Below, piece after piece: positions 1 to 12,106 of a stretch of DNA of 37,560 bases. Origin of the DNA: Comamonadaceae bacterium. Its GTDB lineage: Bacteria; Pseudomonadota; Gammaproteobacteria; Burkholderiales; Burkholderiaceae_C. The position numbers were made by a program, and so were the translations under genes. The notes below the pieces were generated by a model. That model saw nothing but the letters and a program-made list of their open reading frames with translations. It was not told the DNA's origin and did not search any database. Each line of letters opens with the position of its first letter. Within the stretch, counting starts at the first letter, position 1. The stretch spans positions 1-37,560 of the forward strand of contig CANGZG010000001.1 in NCBI GenBank assembly GCA_947458415.1, given 5' to 3'.

Positions 1-54
1 ACTGCCGATCAGCAGTTCTACGTGGTCGAATTCCAAGGATGCGGTGGTGGTCAT
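1..54 (-). CDS. acsF: N-terminus of a second AcsF-like ORF (MTTTASLEFDHVELLIGS...), running off the window edge
   Basis: Manual translation from the ATG at 54-52. 11 of 18 residues match the N-terminus of the acsF starting at 268 (MTQAAALDFDHVELLIGT). Only 18 codons are visible. Confidence 0.6.
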   Translation of the reverse strand, partial: MTTTASLEFDHVELLIGS

Positions 55-268
55 GGTTGTTGTCGCCTTCGTACTCTTTCATCATCACGTCCCATTCGGC
101 GCGCACGGGTTCGATGTTGAGGCGGTCCATGGCATCGAAATCGGTGGTGTAAAAGCGCGGGCTCAGCACGGTGTTGCGCACAGCTTTGGCGTTGGCTTGG
201 GCGGCGTTTTCTACCGTGCCGATCAGCAATTCAACATGGTCAAAGTCAAGGGCGGCAGCTTGGGTCAT
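47..268 (-). pseudogene. acsF: 5' fragment (74 codons) of the aerobic Mg-protoporphyrin IX monomethyl ester cyclase AcsF
   Basis: Not in the ORF track. Manual translation gives MTQAAALDFDHVELLIGTVENAAQANAKAVRNTVLSPRFYTTDFDAMDRLNIEPVRAEWDVMMKEYEGDNNHDH, containing the AcsF signature LSPRFYTTDF. GGAG RBS upstream, directly after puhC. After DNNHDH the frame continues as non-AcsF sequence (RILGIRPRRTADRQ). Confidence 0.75.
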
Positions 269-271
269 GGC

Positions 272-748
272 TTACTCCTGGGAAGCGTTCAGAGAAGGTT
301 TGGCGTGAATTTGCAATTGGGCAAAGGACGACATGTTGGTCGGCCCGAAAGATTCGAGGTCAATGCGTACATTGGTGGCGGGATCGAACAGGGTCAAGCG
401 GCCATCGGTGTGGGCTTTGAGCTCAAAGGCAGGGCCAGAGCCAATGCCTCGGCGCATGCGCTCGCGCGACAGTGTGCGCAAGGTGCCGCGCACAAACCCT
501 TGCTCGCCTTGGTAGCGCGCGATTTCCATTGAGTTGTTGGTGTCCAGCACAGCGATGTCGCCATTTGGGCGGTCTTCAAACCGCAAGCTCATTTGCCAAG
601 CGACAGGGGCGTCGTTCTGTGGTGAGACCATGCCTTGACCGCGCAACAACGCCACCACCAACAGCACGCTGCTGAGGAAGCCGACAAATATCCAGCCGGT
701 CAGACTGTGGTGTCCGGGCAGGTGGTTGTTCGGCAAGGATTGGCTCAT
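272..748 (-). CDS. puhC: Photosynthetic complex assembly protein PuhC
   Basis: One TM helix; GFVRGTLR..L.RER and DGRLTL.DP.T...IDLESFGPTN motifs; position after puhB with a 4-bp overlap. Confidence 0.92.
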   Translation of the reverse strand: MSQSLPNNHLPGHHSLTGWIFVGFLSSVLLVVALLRGQGMVSPQNDAPVAWQMSLRFEDRPNGDIAVLDTNNSMEIARYQGEQGFVRGTLRTLSRERMRRGIGSGPAFELKAHTDGRLTLFDPATNVRIDLESFGPTNMSSFAQLQIHAKPSLNASQE

Positions 749-1410
749 GTGGAATACGCCCCTTGGTTCATGTCCATGTCAGCCGACGTGTCGATGATGT
801 CACCGAGCATGACCGCCACATGGGGGTTGGCTTCGCGCCACGCCAATGCCAGCCGTTCGCCGACCCGCACCGCGTCCGGAATGCACCGCAAACAAGGCTC
901 TGGGTTTTTCAAGGCCCAAGGTTTGGCATGTGGCCACAGGTTCAACCAAGCGATGTGATCGTCACCCGCCAACTTCAAAGCGATATCGCCACTGCCATTT
1001 TTCAAAGGCTTGACACTGGCCGCGGCCACCATGCGAAGCGGCAGGTTGAAGGTCAGGGTGAGCACAATGCCGATGCGCATCACCACGCGTTTGTTGGTCA
1101 AGGTGTAGAGCGCGGTTCGGGCGGTCATCCAAGCCAACCACGACAGTACCGCCAATGCCGTCAAACTGAGCACCAAACTGGTGGCCAAGGGCACCAGCAA
1201 CCGGGGTTGAGGTTCGCCCAGCAAATACAACGTTTGCAACACCATCATCACACCGAAATACACCGCCAGCGTGCGCACATGAAACACATGCAACGCCAGC
1301 TGCTTCCAGTCGGGCGCGCCTTGCCACAGCAGGCGTTCACTTGCCGGCAAAGGCTCGGGCAAACCGGGTGCTGCCTCGAACTCGTGTTCGTGGTGAGGAT
1401 TGACGTTCAA
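745..1410 (-). CDS. puhB: Photosynthetic complex assembly protein PuhB
   Basis: HEHEFE..PGLPEPLP..ERLLWQGAP, YTLTNKRVVMRIGIVL and LWPHA.PW motifs; follows puhA. Confidence 0.93.
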   Translation of the reverse strand: MNVNPHHEHEFEAAPGLPEPLPASERLLWQGAPDWKQLALHVFHVRTLAVYFGVMMVLQTLYLLGEPQPRLLVPLATSLVLSLTALAVLSWLAWMTARTALYTLTNKRVVMRIGIVLTLTFNLPLRMVAAASVKPLKNGSGDIALKLAGDDHIAWLNLWPHAKPWALKNPEPCLRCIPDAVRVGERLALAWREANPHVAVMLGDIIDTSADMDMNQGAYST

Positions 1411-2168
1411 AACAACGGCTCCTGACGTTCTGGCATGGCGTAGAGCGTGCCTGCACCGTAATACGCGGTGATTTTTTCTTCCTCGAGCAAGGTGATTTGT
1501 GTGTCACTTTTGGTCGTCGGGACATTGGCAAACTGCGACGCCAGAATGGATGACACGAACACACCGCGGCGGTTGATGCGCGAGAAGGTCATGGGCAACA
1601 ACACGGTGCCGCCTGAGTGCAACGACACTTCGATGTAGCGAAACATCATTTCACAGCGGTCGACCCACAGGTCTTTGACATGACCGGCTTCGAACCGGTC
1701 AGCGCCATACACCGGCAAGCCGCGTGGATCGATGTCGGGTGACATCACACCATGGTCAGCGGCCACGCGCAACGGCACGATCTTGATGTCGCCACCATGG
1801 TAGAGGTCTGGTTCGTCCGCACGTGCCGCCCATGCGCCGGGGCCGACACCGGCCAGCAGCGGATCGCCCACCGGTTCCAAAGGTGCACCCAGCCAAGCAT
1901 GCGCAGGTTGAGCGGTGTAACTGCCATCCACTCGGTTGACATCAGGCGCCAAGAATTCACGGCCATCGGCCATCTTGAACACTTTGGGCTCTGGCATGGG
2001 CCAGCCGATTTGTACCGGTCCCCCTTGCAAATGGCCGTTGTCCATCGGATAGCCTTCGCGGTGGTTTTCCCGGGCAAGGTAGTAAATCAGGCCGGCAAAG
2101 AAAATCCAAAACATATAGAGGACGATTTGGGCAACGTCCACGTATTGGGTGATAGCACCAGTTTCCAT
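1407..2168 (-). CDS. puhA: Photosynthetic reaction centre H subunit
   Basis: METGAITQYVDVAQIVLY.FW.FFAGLIYYL..EN.REGYP N-terminus, PRC barrel, C-terminal TLLEEEKITAYYGAG.LYA. Start set at 2168 because AGGAGA lies 6 nt upstream (it abuts the ATG at 2174). Confidence 0.97.
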   Translation of the reverse strand: METGAITQYVDVAQIVLYMFWIFFAGLIYYLARENHREGYPMDNGHLQGGPVQIGWPMPEPKVFKMADGREFLAPDVNRVDGSYTAQPAHAWLGAPLEPVGDPLLAGVGPGAWAARADEPDLYHGGDIKIVPLRVAADHGVMSPDIDPRGLPVYGADRFEAGHVKDLWVDRCEMMFRYIEVSLHSGGTVLLPMTFSRINRRGVFVSSILASQFANVPTTKSDTQITLLEEEKITAYYGAGTLYAMPERQEPLF

Positions 2169-2200
2169 GCTCATTCTCCTTTTAAGAGCGCAAAAAAAAT

Positions 2201-3625
2201 TCAGCCCGGCAGTTCAGCCAAACCCAATCGGCTGTCTTGCGGCGCGCTGGTGGGCCGCTTGCGGCTGACCAGCGGACCCAAGGCAATCAACACACAAAAC
2301 AACATGTACATCTCGATGTGAAACACCACGCTGTATCCGGTCACCGGTGAGACCAGTGCCTCACCGAGCAAACCCTGTTCTGCCAGATGACCCACCACGT
2401 CCCGGGTGACACCACCCAAGGCCATGGCAATGCCGGATGCCGTGGCTTGCACCGCACCCCATGCGCCAAGCACCATGCCGGCATGCAAGGCGTCTGTCAT
2501 GGCCATGGCAGACAGCAACATGCCCACTGAAAACAGACCGCCGCCGAACCCTATCAAGGTGGCGCCGGTTTGGAACAGCAAGGCAGAATGCAGCGGGGCA
2601 GAAAAAATGACGCACGCGAAGGCGGGCAAACCGATCAGCGCCCCGAGTGCGGCCAAGCGGTAAGCGTCCATGCCGCGTGACATGAAGCGTGCGGACAGCG
2701 CAAACGCCAACAACGCGCCAGTCGCAGTCAGTGCGGTCAAGGCGCTGGTCAAACTGACATCCAGACCCAGTACCTGTGCACCATAAGGCTCCAGCACGAT
2801 GTCTTGCATGCTGAATGCCGCTGTGCCCAAACCCACGGTCCATAAAAAACGGCGCATTTTTGGCAAGGCCATCAGCGTTCGCCATTGCTGAGAAAACCCA
2901 TCGGGTTCACGTTGGCCGCGACGGCTGCCGCGGGCTTCTTGTTTCCACAGCGACAGCAGGTTGAGCGCCACGACCAAAACCGCGCTGCCCTGAACCACTT
3001 GGATGAGTTTTTTCGGTGAAAAATCGCTCAGCAGCAGGCTCAGCGCCGCACTGCCCACAATCAACCCCAACAGCAGCATGGCATACATCAAGGCCACCAC
3101 ACGCGGACGTTTGTCGGCGGGTGAGACATCAGAGGCCAAGGCCAGTCCCGCAGTTTGCGTGATTTGCATGCCAGCGCCGACACACAAAAACGCCATGGCT
3201 GCGCCAAAGCGGATCACCCACAAATAGCCTTCGCGTGGCTCTGACAAACCGAGCAAAGCAAACGGCATGATGGCCAAACCACCGAACATCAAGATGGTGC
3301 CGATCCACATGTAGGGGATGCGGCGCAGACCCAGCGCAGAAGGGTGCGTGTCGCTGCGGTAGCCAATCATCGCGCGCAGCGGCGCAAACACCAAGGGCAG
3401 CGCCACCGACACCGCAACCCACCAAGCGGGCACTTGCAATTCGATGATCATCACGCGATTGAGCGTGCCCACCAGCAAGGCCATGGCCATGCCCACCGAC
3501 AGTTGGAACAACGCCAAACGAAACAGCCGTGTGATCGGCAGGTCAGGCGAAGCCGCGTCTGCGAATGGCACGTACTGCAGCATCAGCGACTGCATCCAAG
3601 CGGGCGGGCGCGCGGAGAAACTCAT
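2201..3625 (-). CDS. lhaA: LH1 assembly protein LhaA (PucC/BCD-family MFS)
   Basis: PFADAAS.DLP..RL.RL.LFQ.SVGM...LL.GTLNRVMI.EL and QDIVLEPYG motifs; lies between bchM and puhA. Start at 3625 gives an ATGA overlap with the bchM stop. Confidence 0.93.
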   Translation of the reverse strand: MSFSARPPAWMQSLMLQYVPFADAASPDLPITRLFRLALFQLSVGMAMALLVGTLNRVMIIELQVPAWWVAVSVALPLVFAPLRAMIGYRSDTHPSALGLRRIPYMWIGTILMFGGLAIMPFALLGLSEPREGYLWVIRFGAAMAFLCVGAGMQITQTAGLALASDVSPADKRPRVVALMYAMLLLGLIVGSAALSLLLSDFSPKKLIQVVQGSAVLVVALNLLSLWKQEARGSRRGQREPDGFSQQWRTLMALPKMRRFLWTVGLGTAAFSMQDIVLEPYGAQVLGLDVSLTSALTALTATGALLAFALSARFMSRGMDAYRLAALGALIGLPAFACVIFSAPLHSALLFQTGATLIGFGGGLFSVGMLLSAMAMTDALHAGMVLGAWGAVQATASGIAMALGGVTRDVVGHLAEQGLLGEALVSPVTGYSVVFHIEMYMLFCVLIALGPLVSRKRPTSAPQDSRLGLAELPG

Positions 3626-4347
3626 TGCTTCACCCACTCCCAAGCTTGCGAGGTGTAAAAGCCGCTGGACACGCGGTGCATGCGCTGCGGCCGCCAGCCG
3701 TGTTCACGCACCGCACGTTCAATGTAAACATGCAAAGTGGATTTGCGTACAGGCGAGAGTTGTGGCGAGCGGTCGGTACGCGGAAACAAGCGTCCCATGG
3801 CGTGTGCCACAGCCAGCAAGGGTGAATGTGGTGCAAAGGTGAAGAGCACCGAATGCTGGGTGCGTTGAGCGATGGCTTCAAAGGCGTTGGCAATGTCTTG
3901 GGTGTCGTAATGGATCAATGAATCCATGCACACCACATGGTCGAATTTCCCATGCTCTGCCGACAGCATGTCGCCTGCCAAAAACTCGATGCGTCCACCG
4001 CGTGCAGACAAACTGGGGTCGGCCAGCAGTTCTTGGGCATGACGGTCACGCGCGAGGTTGACCAGCGTGGGTGACAAATCGATGGCCACCACGTGCGCGC
4101 CACGTTTCATCGCTTCTTGTGCCAATGCGCCTGTGCCGCAACCGGCGTCCAGTAAACGCATGCCACGCAGGTCTTGCGGTAACCAAGACAACAAGGTGTG
4201 TCGCATTTGGTCGCGGCCTCGGCGCACCGTGGTGCGAATCCGCCCCACCGGTGCGTTGGAGGTCAGCACCTCCCAGGCTTTGGCAGCGGTGCGATCGAAA
4301 TAGGTTTCGATCTGGCCGCGTCTGGCGACATAACTGGCGTGGTTCAT
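3622..4347 (-). CDS. bchM: Mg-protoporphyrin IX O-methyltransferase
   Basis: YFDRTA..AW..LTS.APV..IR.TVR.GR, SAM motif LDAGCGTG, MDSLIHY. Start trimmed to the ATG at 4347, just after the bchL stop. Confidence 0.96.
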   Translation of the reverse strand: MNHASYVARRGQIETYFDRTAAKAWEVLTSNAPVGRIRTTVRRGRDQMRHTLLSWLPQDLRGMRLLDAGCGTGALAQEAMKRGAHVVAIDLSPTLVNLARDRHAQELLADPSLSARGGRIEFLAGDMLSAEHGKFDHVVCMDSLIHYDTQDIANAFEAIAQRTQHSVLFTFAPHSPLLAVAHAMGRLFPRTDRSPQLSPVRKSTLHVYIERAVREHGWRPQRMHRVSSGFYTSQAWEWVKQ

Positions 4348-4348
4348 C

Positions 4349-5284
<936 letters not shown>

Positions 5285-6907
5285 TCATCGGCTGAAATGG
5301 GCCTTGGCTTCGTACATGGTCTCGACCGTGATGCGCGATACGCCGCGCTCACGGGCAAATAACTCGGTGTTGCGACGTGCTTTGCCTCGCACAAAAAACG
5401 GGATTTTTTTCAATTCTTTTTCGGCTTCTGGTGCCCAGTCGGTGCTGTCGGCACGCTCGCTGGCCGCGCTTGCAGCAGGCAGTTCAATTTGTTCATCTTG
5501 CTGCGACAAATGCACTTCTGCCAAGGTGTCTGCCGACACCACTTTCATGGGTGATACGGGTGTGCCGTGTCCAGAACCCAAGTGCGACGGTGCTGCGCCA
5601 TCGTGGAACTCGAAGTCTTCACGGAACATGCCCAGCAGGTGTTCCTCCAAACCCATCATCAACGGATGCACCCATGTGTCAAACAACACATTGGCGCCTT
5701 CAAAACCCATTTGCGGCGCATAACGCGCAGGGAAATCTTGCACATGCATGGGCGCGGAAATCACCGTGCATGGGATGCCCAAGCGTTTGGCAATGTGCCG
5801 CTCCATTTGCGTGCCCAGCAGCAGTTCAGGTTGCAAGGCTTTGACTTGGTCTTCGACGTCCAAATAGTCGTCGGTGATCAACGCTTCGACCCCATACAAC
5901 TTGGCTGCCTCACGCACCTCGCGAGCGAATTCGCGGCTGTAAGTGCCCAAGCCAACCACTTCAAACCCCATCTCTTGGTGCGCCACGCGTGCAGCGGCGA
6001 TGGCGTGGGTGGCGTCGCCAAACACAAACACCCGCTTGCCGGTGAGGTAGGTGGAATCCACCGATTTGGCATACCAACGGGCGCGCGAGTTTTGCAAATA
6101 CGCTTGGCGCGTCGCTTCGGTGTTGCCCATGCCGGCGAGTTCGCGCACCTCGGCGATGAAGTCCAGCGTGCCGTTCACGCCATAAGGCACACACTGGGTA
6201 AACGGTTGGTCAAACTGTCGCTGCAACCACAGTGCGGCGGTGCGCCCGAGTTCGGGGTAGAGCACCACGTTGAAATCGGCTTGGGGGATGTTGCGAATGT
6301 CGGCCACACTGGCGTCCAGCGGTGCCACCACGTTCACTTGAATGCCAATCTCTTGCAGCAAGGCACGAATTTCTTTCGTGTCGTCGCGGTGGCGAAACCC
6401 CAGGGCGGTGGGTCCGAGGATGTTGCACACCGCGGCACGGCCCGCCATTGGGGTGCGTTGATGTTGGCCAGGCACCAATGCGCGTACCAAGTGGTAGAAG
6501 GTTTCGGCGGCACCCCAGTTTTCTTTGCGTTGGTAAGCAGGCAACTCGAGCGCGACCACCGGGATCGGCAAGTTCAACGCCAGCGCCAAACCACCCGGAT
6601 CGTCTTGAATCAATTCAGCGGTGCAGGATGCACCGACCAACATGGCGTTTGGCTTGAAGCGTTCGTGCGCGTCACGCGCGGCCTCTTTGAACAACTCGGC
6701 CGTGTCACCACCGAGGTCACGTGCTTGAAACGTGGTGTAGGTGACAGGCGGGCGACGCGGCAGTCGCTCGATCATGGTGAACAGCAAATCTGCATAGGTG
6801 TCGCCTTGCGGGGCGTGCAACACATAGTGCACATCTTTCATGGCGGTGGCCACACGCATGGCGCCGACGTGAGGCGGTCCTTCGTATGTCCAGAGCGTGA
6901 GTTGCAT
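5285..6907 (-). CDS. bchB: Dark-operative protochlorophyllide reductase subunit B
   Basis: [41 protein letters not shown] and the C-terminal PCP-red domain [15 protein letters not shown]. Confidence 0.98.
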   Translation of the reverse strand: MQLTLWTYEGPPHVGAMRVATAMKDVHYVLHAPQGDTYADLLFTMIERLPRRPPVTYTTFQARDLGGDTAELFKEAARDAHERFKPNAMLVGASCTAELIQDDPGGLALALNLPIPVVALELPAYQRKENWGAAETFYHLVRALVPGQHQRTPMAGRAAVCNILGPTALGFRHRDDTKEIRALLQEIGIQVNVVAPLDASVADIRNIPQADFNVVLYPELGRTAALWLQRQFDQPFTQCVPYGVNGTLDFIAEVRELAGMGNTEATRQAYLQNSRARWYAKSVDSTYLTGKRVFVFGDATHAIAAARVAHQEMGFEVVGLGTYSREFAREVREAAKLYGVEALITDDYLDVEDQVKALQPELLLGTQMERHIAKRLGIPCTVISAPMHVQDFPARYAPQMGFEGANVLFDTWVHPLMMGLEEHLLGMFREDFEFHDGAAPSHLGSGHGTPVSPMKVVSADTLAEVHLSQQDEQIELPAASAASERADSTDWAPEAEKELKKIPFFVRGKARRNTELFARERGVSRITVETMYEAKAHFSR

Positions 6908-6916
6908 GGTCTGTCC

Positions 6917-8849
<1,933 letters not shown>

Positions 8850-8881
8850 CTTTGTCACTTATTTATTTGAATAAAGCAGGC

Positions 8882-9700
8882 ATGTGGGCAGAGGGTCAAG
8901 TGGAAGACACGATCAATTCCGAAATCAGCACGCCTTTGCGTCAAGCCTTGGTGTCGCATGTCATTCCGCAATTGATTGATACCGCGGTGCGTGTCTATGC
9001 CAAATACCCCTTGTTGCCAGTGCACAGTGTGGCGTTGGGACAGGCTTGTGTTTCGCCGGACCATGCCGCCCCCGAGGCCTATGCCCGGTCCTTGCTGGCG
9101 CAGGATTTCGACATCGAAAGCCTGTACCTTGACACCATCCCAGAGGCAGCGCGCCTGTTTCACGACTGGTGGGAGGCCGACGAGATTGACTTTGTCCAAG
9201 TGACCAGCGGCATATTTCGGTTGGAAGAATTGATCTACAGCCTGAGCGCCGAATTTGTCATGGGCTTGCAAAAAGCCAAGCCCGCCGCTTCGATGAGCGC
9301 CTTGCTGGTGAGGCCACCCGGCTCACAGCATTCCTTGGGCCTGCTGCTTTTGACACAATATTTCAAGCGACACGGTTGGCAGGTGTTCAGTGCCAACCAG
9401 TTCACCGAAGAGGACATGGCGGTGGCGGTGCGCTCAGAGTGGGTCGATGTGCTGGGTATATCGGTGTCGGAAGACCGCCAAATACCGGCAATGAAAAAAA
9501 CCTTGGCGCGCTTGCGAAAGCTGTCGGGCAACCCGCACATGTTGGTGATGGCCGGTGGCCCGTTGCTGCGGCTGCAACCGAATCTGGCCGACTTGGTGGG
9601 TGCGGACTTGTCGTGTTTGCGGGCTGATCAGGCACATGCGCAGGCTCTCGAAAAGGTACAGTTGACCCAAATCAGCGCAAGTGTCAGGTCAAGTGGATGA
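8882..9700 (+). CDS. ppaA: PpaA/AerR cobalamin-binding antirepressor
   Basis: IPEAARL...W..DE.DF..VT, GSQHSLG, D..G.S and V.AGG B12-binding fold; divergent from bchF and upstream of ppsR. Start uncertain (TTG 8852, ATG 8882 or GTG 8900). Confidence 0.88.
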   Translation: MWAEGQVEDTINSEISTPLRQALVSHVIPQLIDTAVRVYAKYPLLPVHSVALGQACVSPDHAAPEAYARSLLAQDFDIESLYLDTIPEAARLFHDWWEADEIDFVQVTSGIFRLEELIYSLSAEFVMGLQKAKPAASMSALLVRPPGSQHSLGLLLLTQYFKRHGWQVFSANQFTEEDMAVAVRSEWVDVLGISVSEDRQIPAMKKTLARLRKLSGNPHMLVMAGGPLLRLQPNLADLVGADLSCLRADQAHAQALEKVQLTQISASVRSSG

Positions 9701-9724
9701 TTCAACCTCATTGACCCCTTTACC

Positions 9725-11113
9725 GTGAACCTTCATTCCATCCCTTCTGAGCAAGTGCAAAGCCTGTTGTCGGCTTTGTCTGACGTCATTGTCATGACGG
9801 ATGCGCAGGGCCAGATCCACGATATCCAAGTCAGTGGCAAAGAATTGCAACGCCTGAACTTGACCGAATGGAAAGGCCAAACCTTGTTTGCGGTGGCCAC
9901 GTTGGACAGCCAAGAAAAAATCCGCCAAGTGCTCGGGACTGCCCAAGCCGGTGCGCCCAACACGTGGCGACACATCAATTTGCTCGGCCCCGGTGAGGTG
10001 GACGTGCCTTTGCAAGTCATGTCGGTGGCTTTCGCGCAAAGCCAATCATTCTGGTTGTTCGGTCGCGATTTGAGCGGCGTGTCTCAAATGCAGCGTCGCT
10101 TGGTGGATGCCCATCAATCGATGGAGCGCGATTACTTGCGTTTGCGCCACATGGAGGCGCGTTATCGCTTGTTGTTCGAGTCCGTGGCCGACCCGATGCT
10201 GGTGGTTGACGTCGCCCAACGCCGCGTGATGGAAGCCAACCATGCGGCGCAATCGGTGCTGAAAGACGCAGTGAAACGATTGCCCGGCACCGACATCACT
10301 TTGTGTTTTGAACCCGCGTCGCGTGACAGCTTGGACGCTTTGCTGCGCTCGTCACAAGCCTCCGGGAGAACAGAAACCGCGCGGGTTCGTCCCCTTAAAG
10401 CCGACGAGGATTGCCAGTTGCATGCCTCGGTGTTTGTGCAAGAAGGCGGCCCGCAATTTTTGTTGCGCTTGCAGCCCATGGGTTCACAGCGCGGGGCGAA
10501 ATCCGGCACGCAAGCCGAAGGCGAGTGGTTCAGCAACGCGCTGGAAAACGCGCCCATCGGGTTCATCGTCACCGACCGCGGCGGCCAGATCAAGGCGGGC
10601 AACACCGAAATTTGCGCCATGCTGGGCTTGAGCAACATCAGCCAATTGGTTGACAAACATTTGGAAGACTACTTGGCGCGCGGTGCGGTCGACTTGGGCG
10701 TGTTGCTCAACAATTTGCGCCAGTCCCGCATCCTCAGGGGGTTCGCCACCGAACTTCGCAGCGTCGCGGGTGTGCAATTGGCGGTGGACATGGCGGCGGT
10801 CACCTTGGTGGGCGACGACCTGACTTATGGTTTTTTCATCCGCGACATCCGCTTGGGTGGAGGCCGCGAAAAATCGGCCACCTCGGGCATGGCCGATTCG
10901 GTCGAGCAACTGTCGCAGTTGGTCGGGCGCATGCCCATGAAAGACATCGTGGGTGAAACCAGCACCATGATCGAGCGCATGTGTATCCAAGCTGCGCTCG
11001 AACTCACCCACAACAACCGCGCGTCTGCGGCTGAAATGCTGGGCTTGTCCCGCCAAAGCCTGTACGTCAAATTGCACCGCTATGGCATGGTGTCCGAGAC
11101 TGACTCAGAGTAA
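9725..11113 (+). CDS. ppsR: Photosynthesis gene repressor PpsR/CrtJ
   Basis: Three PAS-like domains, Q-linker QRRLVDAHQSMERDY, C-terminal IERMCI.AALELT.NNRASAAEMLGLSRQSLYVKL HTH. Confidence 0.96.
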   Translation: MNLHSIPSEQVQSLLSALSDVIVMTDAQGQIHDIQVSGKELQRLNLTEWKGQTLFAVATLDSQEKIRQVLGTAQAGAPNTWRHINLLGPGEVDVPLQVMSVAFAQSQSFWLFGRDLSGVSQMQRRLVDAHQSMERDYLRLRHMEARYRLLFESVADPMLVVDVAQRRVMEANHAAQSVLKDAVKRLPGTDITLCFEPASRDSLDALLRSSQASGRTETARVRPLKADEDCQLHASVFVQEGGPQFLLRLQPMGSQRGAKSGTQAEGEWFSNALENAPIGFIVTDRGGQIKAGNTEICAMLGLSNISQLVDKHLEDYLARGAVDLGVLLNNLRQSRILRGFATELRSVAGVQLAVDMAAVTLVGDDLTYGFFIRDIRLGGGREKSATSGMADSVEQLSQLVGRMPMKDIVGETSTMIERMCIQAALELTHNNRASAAEMLGLSRQSLYVKLHRYGMVSETDSE

Positions 11114-11134
11114 ACCCTAGTCAACCCTAAAAAG

Positions 11135-11166
11135 CGTCAACTTAGATTGACATTTAACGCTGTCAA
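11135..11166. promoter_or_regulatory. PpsR operator upstream of bchG
   Basis: CGTCAACTTAGATTGACA (11135-11152, one mismatch), followed 8 bp later by a TGTCAA half-site at 11161. Confidence 0.75.
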
Positions 11167-12072
11167 ATGAAAAATGGGGCAATGCAGTTCCCCCAAGCAT
11201 CAGCGGTTTTAGAGCTTCTCAAGCCCGTGACCTGGTTTCCGCCCATGTGGGCGTTTGCTTGCGGCGTCGTGTCTTCTGGCCAATCCATTCCCGAGCAATG
11301 GCCGTTGGTGTTGGGTGGTTTGGTCTTGGCTGGACCCATGGTGTGCGCCACCAGCCAAGCGGTGAACGATTGGTTTGACCGCCATGTTGATGCGATCAAT
11401 GAACCGAACCGCCCGATCCCATCAGGCCGCATCCCGGGACATTGGGGTTTGGCCATTGCCGTGGCTTGGACGGCGTTGTCATTGGTGTGGGCTTGGCAAC
11501 TGGGTGACTGGGCATTCAAAGCCACTTTGTTGGCGTTGCTGTTGGCTTGGGGCTACAGCGCACCCCCGTTTCGTTTCAAGCAAGACGGCTGGCTGGGCAA
11601 TGCCGCTTGCGGCTTGAGCTACGAGGGCCTGGCCTGGATCACCGGTGCCGCAGTGATGTTGGGTGGTGAATGGCCGGGTTCGCAAATCCTGACCTTGGCG
11701 CTGCTCTACAGCCTGGCCGCGCACGGCATCATGACCTTGAACGATTTCAAAGCCATCGAGGGCGACCGGCAAATGGGCGTGTGGTCCTTGCCCGTGCAAC
11801 TCGGTGTCAAACGCGCCGCTGGCACGGCTTGCTGGGTCATGTTGTTGCCGCAGTTGGTGGTGGTGGCTTTGTTGTTGCGGTGGACGCCCGATTGGTCTTA
11901 CGGCTTGGCCGTGTTGTTGTTGATTTATGCGCAAGTGCCGCTGATGTACCGGTTCATGAAAGACCCGGTCAAACAAGCCTTGGGATTGAGTGCGTTTGGG
12001 GTGCCGTTGTTGGTGGCTGGAATGATGGTCAGTGCGTTTGCCTGGCGTCATGTGCAGTCCACCCCAACTTGA
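11167..12072 (+). CDS. bchG: Bacteriochlorophyll synthase
   Basis: LLKPVTWFPPMWAF.CG, NDWFDRHVDAINEP.RPIPSGR, LNDFKAIEGD (UbiA family). Confidence 0.97.
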   Translation: MKNGAMQFPQASAVLELLKPVTWFPPMWAFACGVVSSGQSIPEQWPLVLGGLVLAGPMVCATSQAVNDWFDRHVDAINEPNRPIPSGRIPGHWGLAIAVAWTALSLVWAWQLGDWAFKATLLALLLAWGYSAPPFRFKQDGWLGNAACGLSYEGLAWITGAAVMLGGEWPGSQILTLALLYSLAAHGIMTLNDFKAIEGDRQMGVWSLPVQLGVKRAAGTACWVMLLPQLVVVALLLRWTPDWSYGLAVLLLIYAQVPLMYRFMKDPVKQALGLSAFGVPLLVAGMMVSAFAWRHVQSTPT

Positions 12073-12106
12073 ACAAGTGTGTGAACCTGACATGTGGAGA
12101 AATCTT

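Noticed and set aside
44-532. 162-aa plus-strand ORF
   Set aside because: Antisense shadow of puhC and the acsF fragment, with no recognisable motifs.
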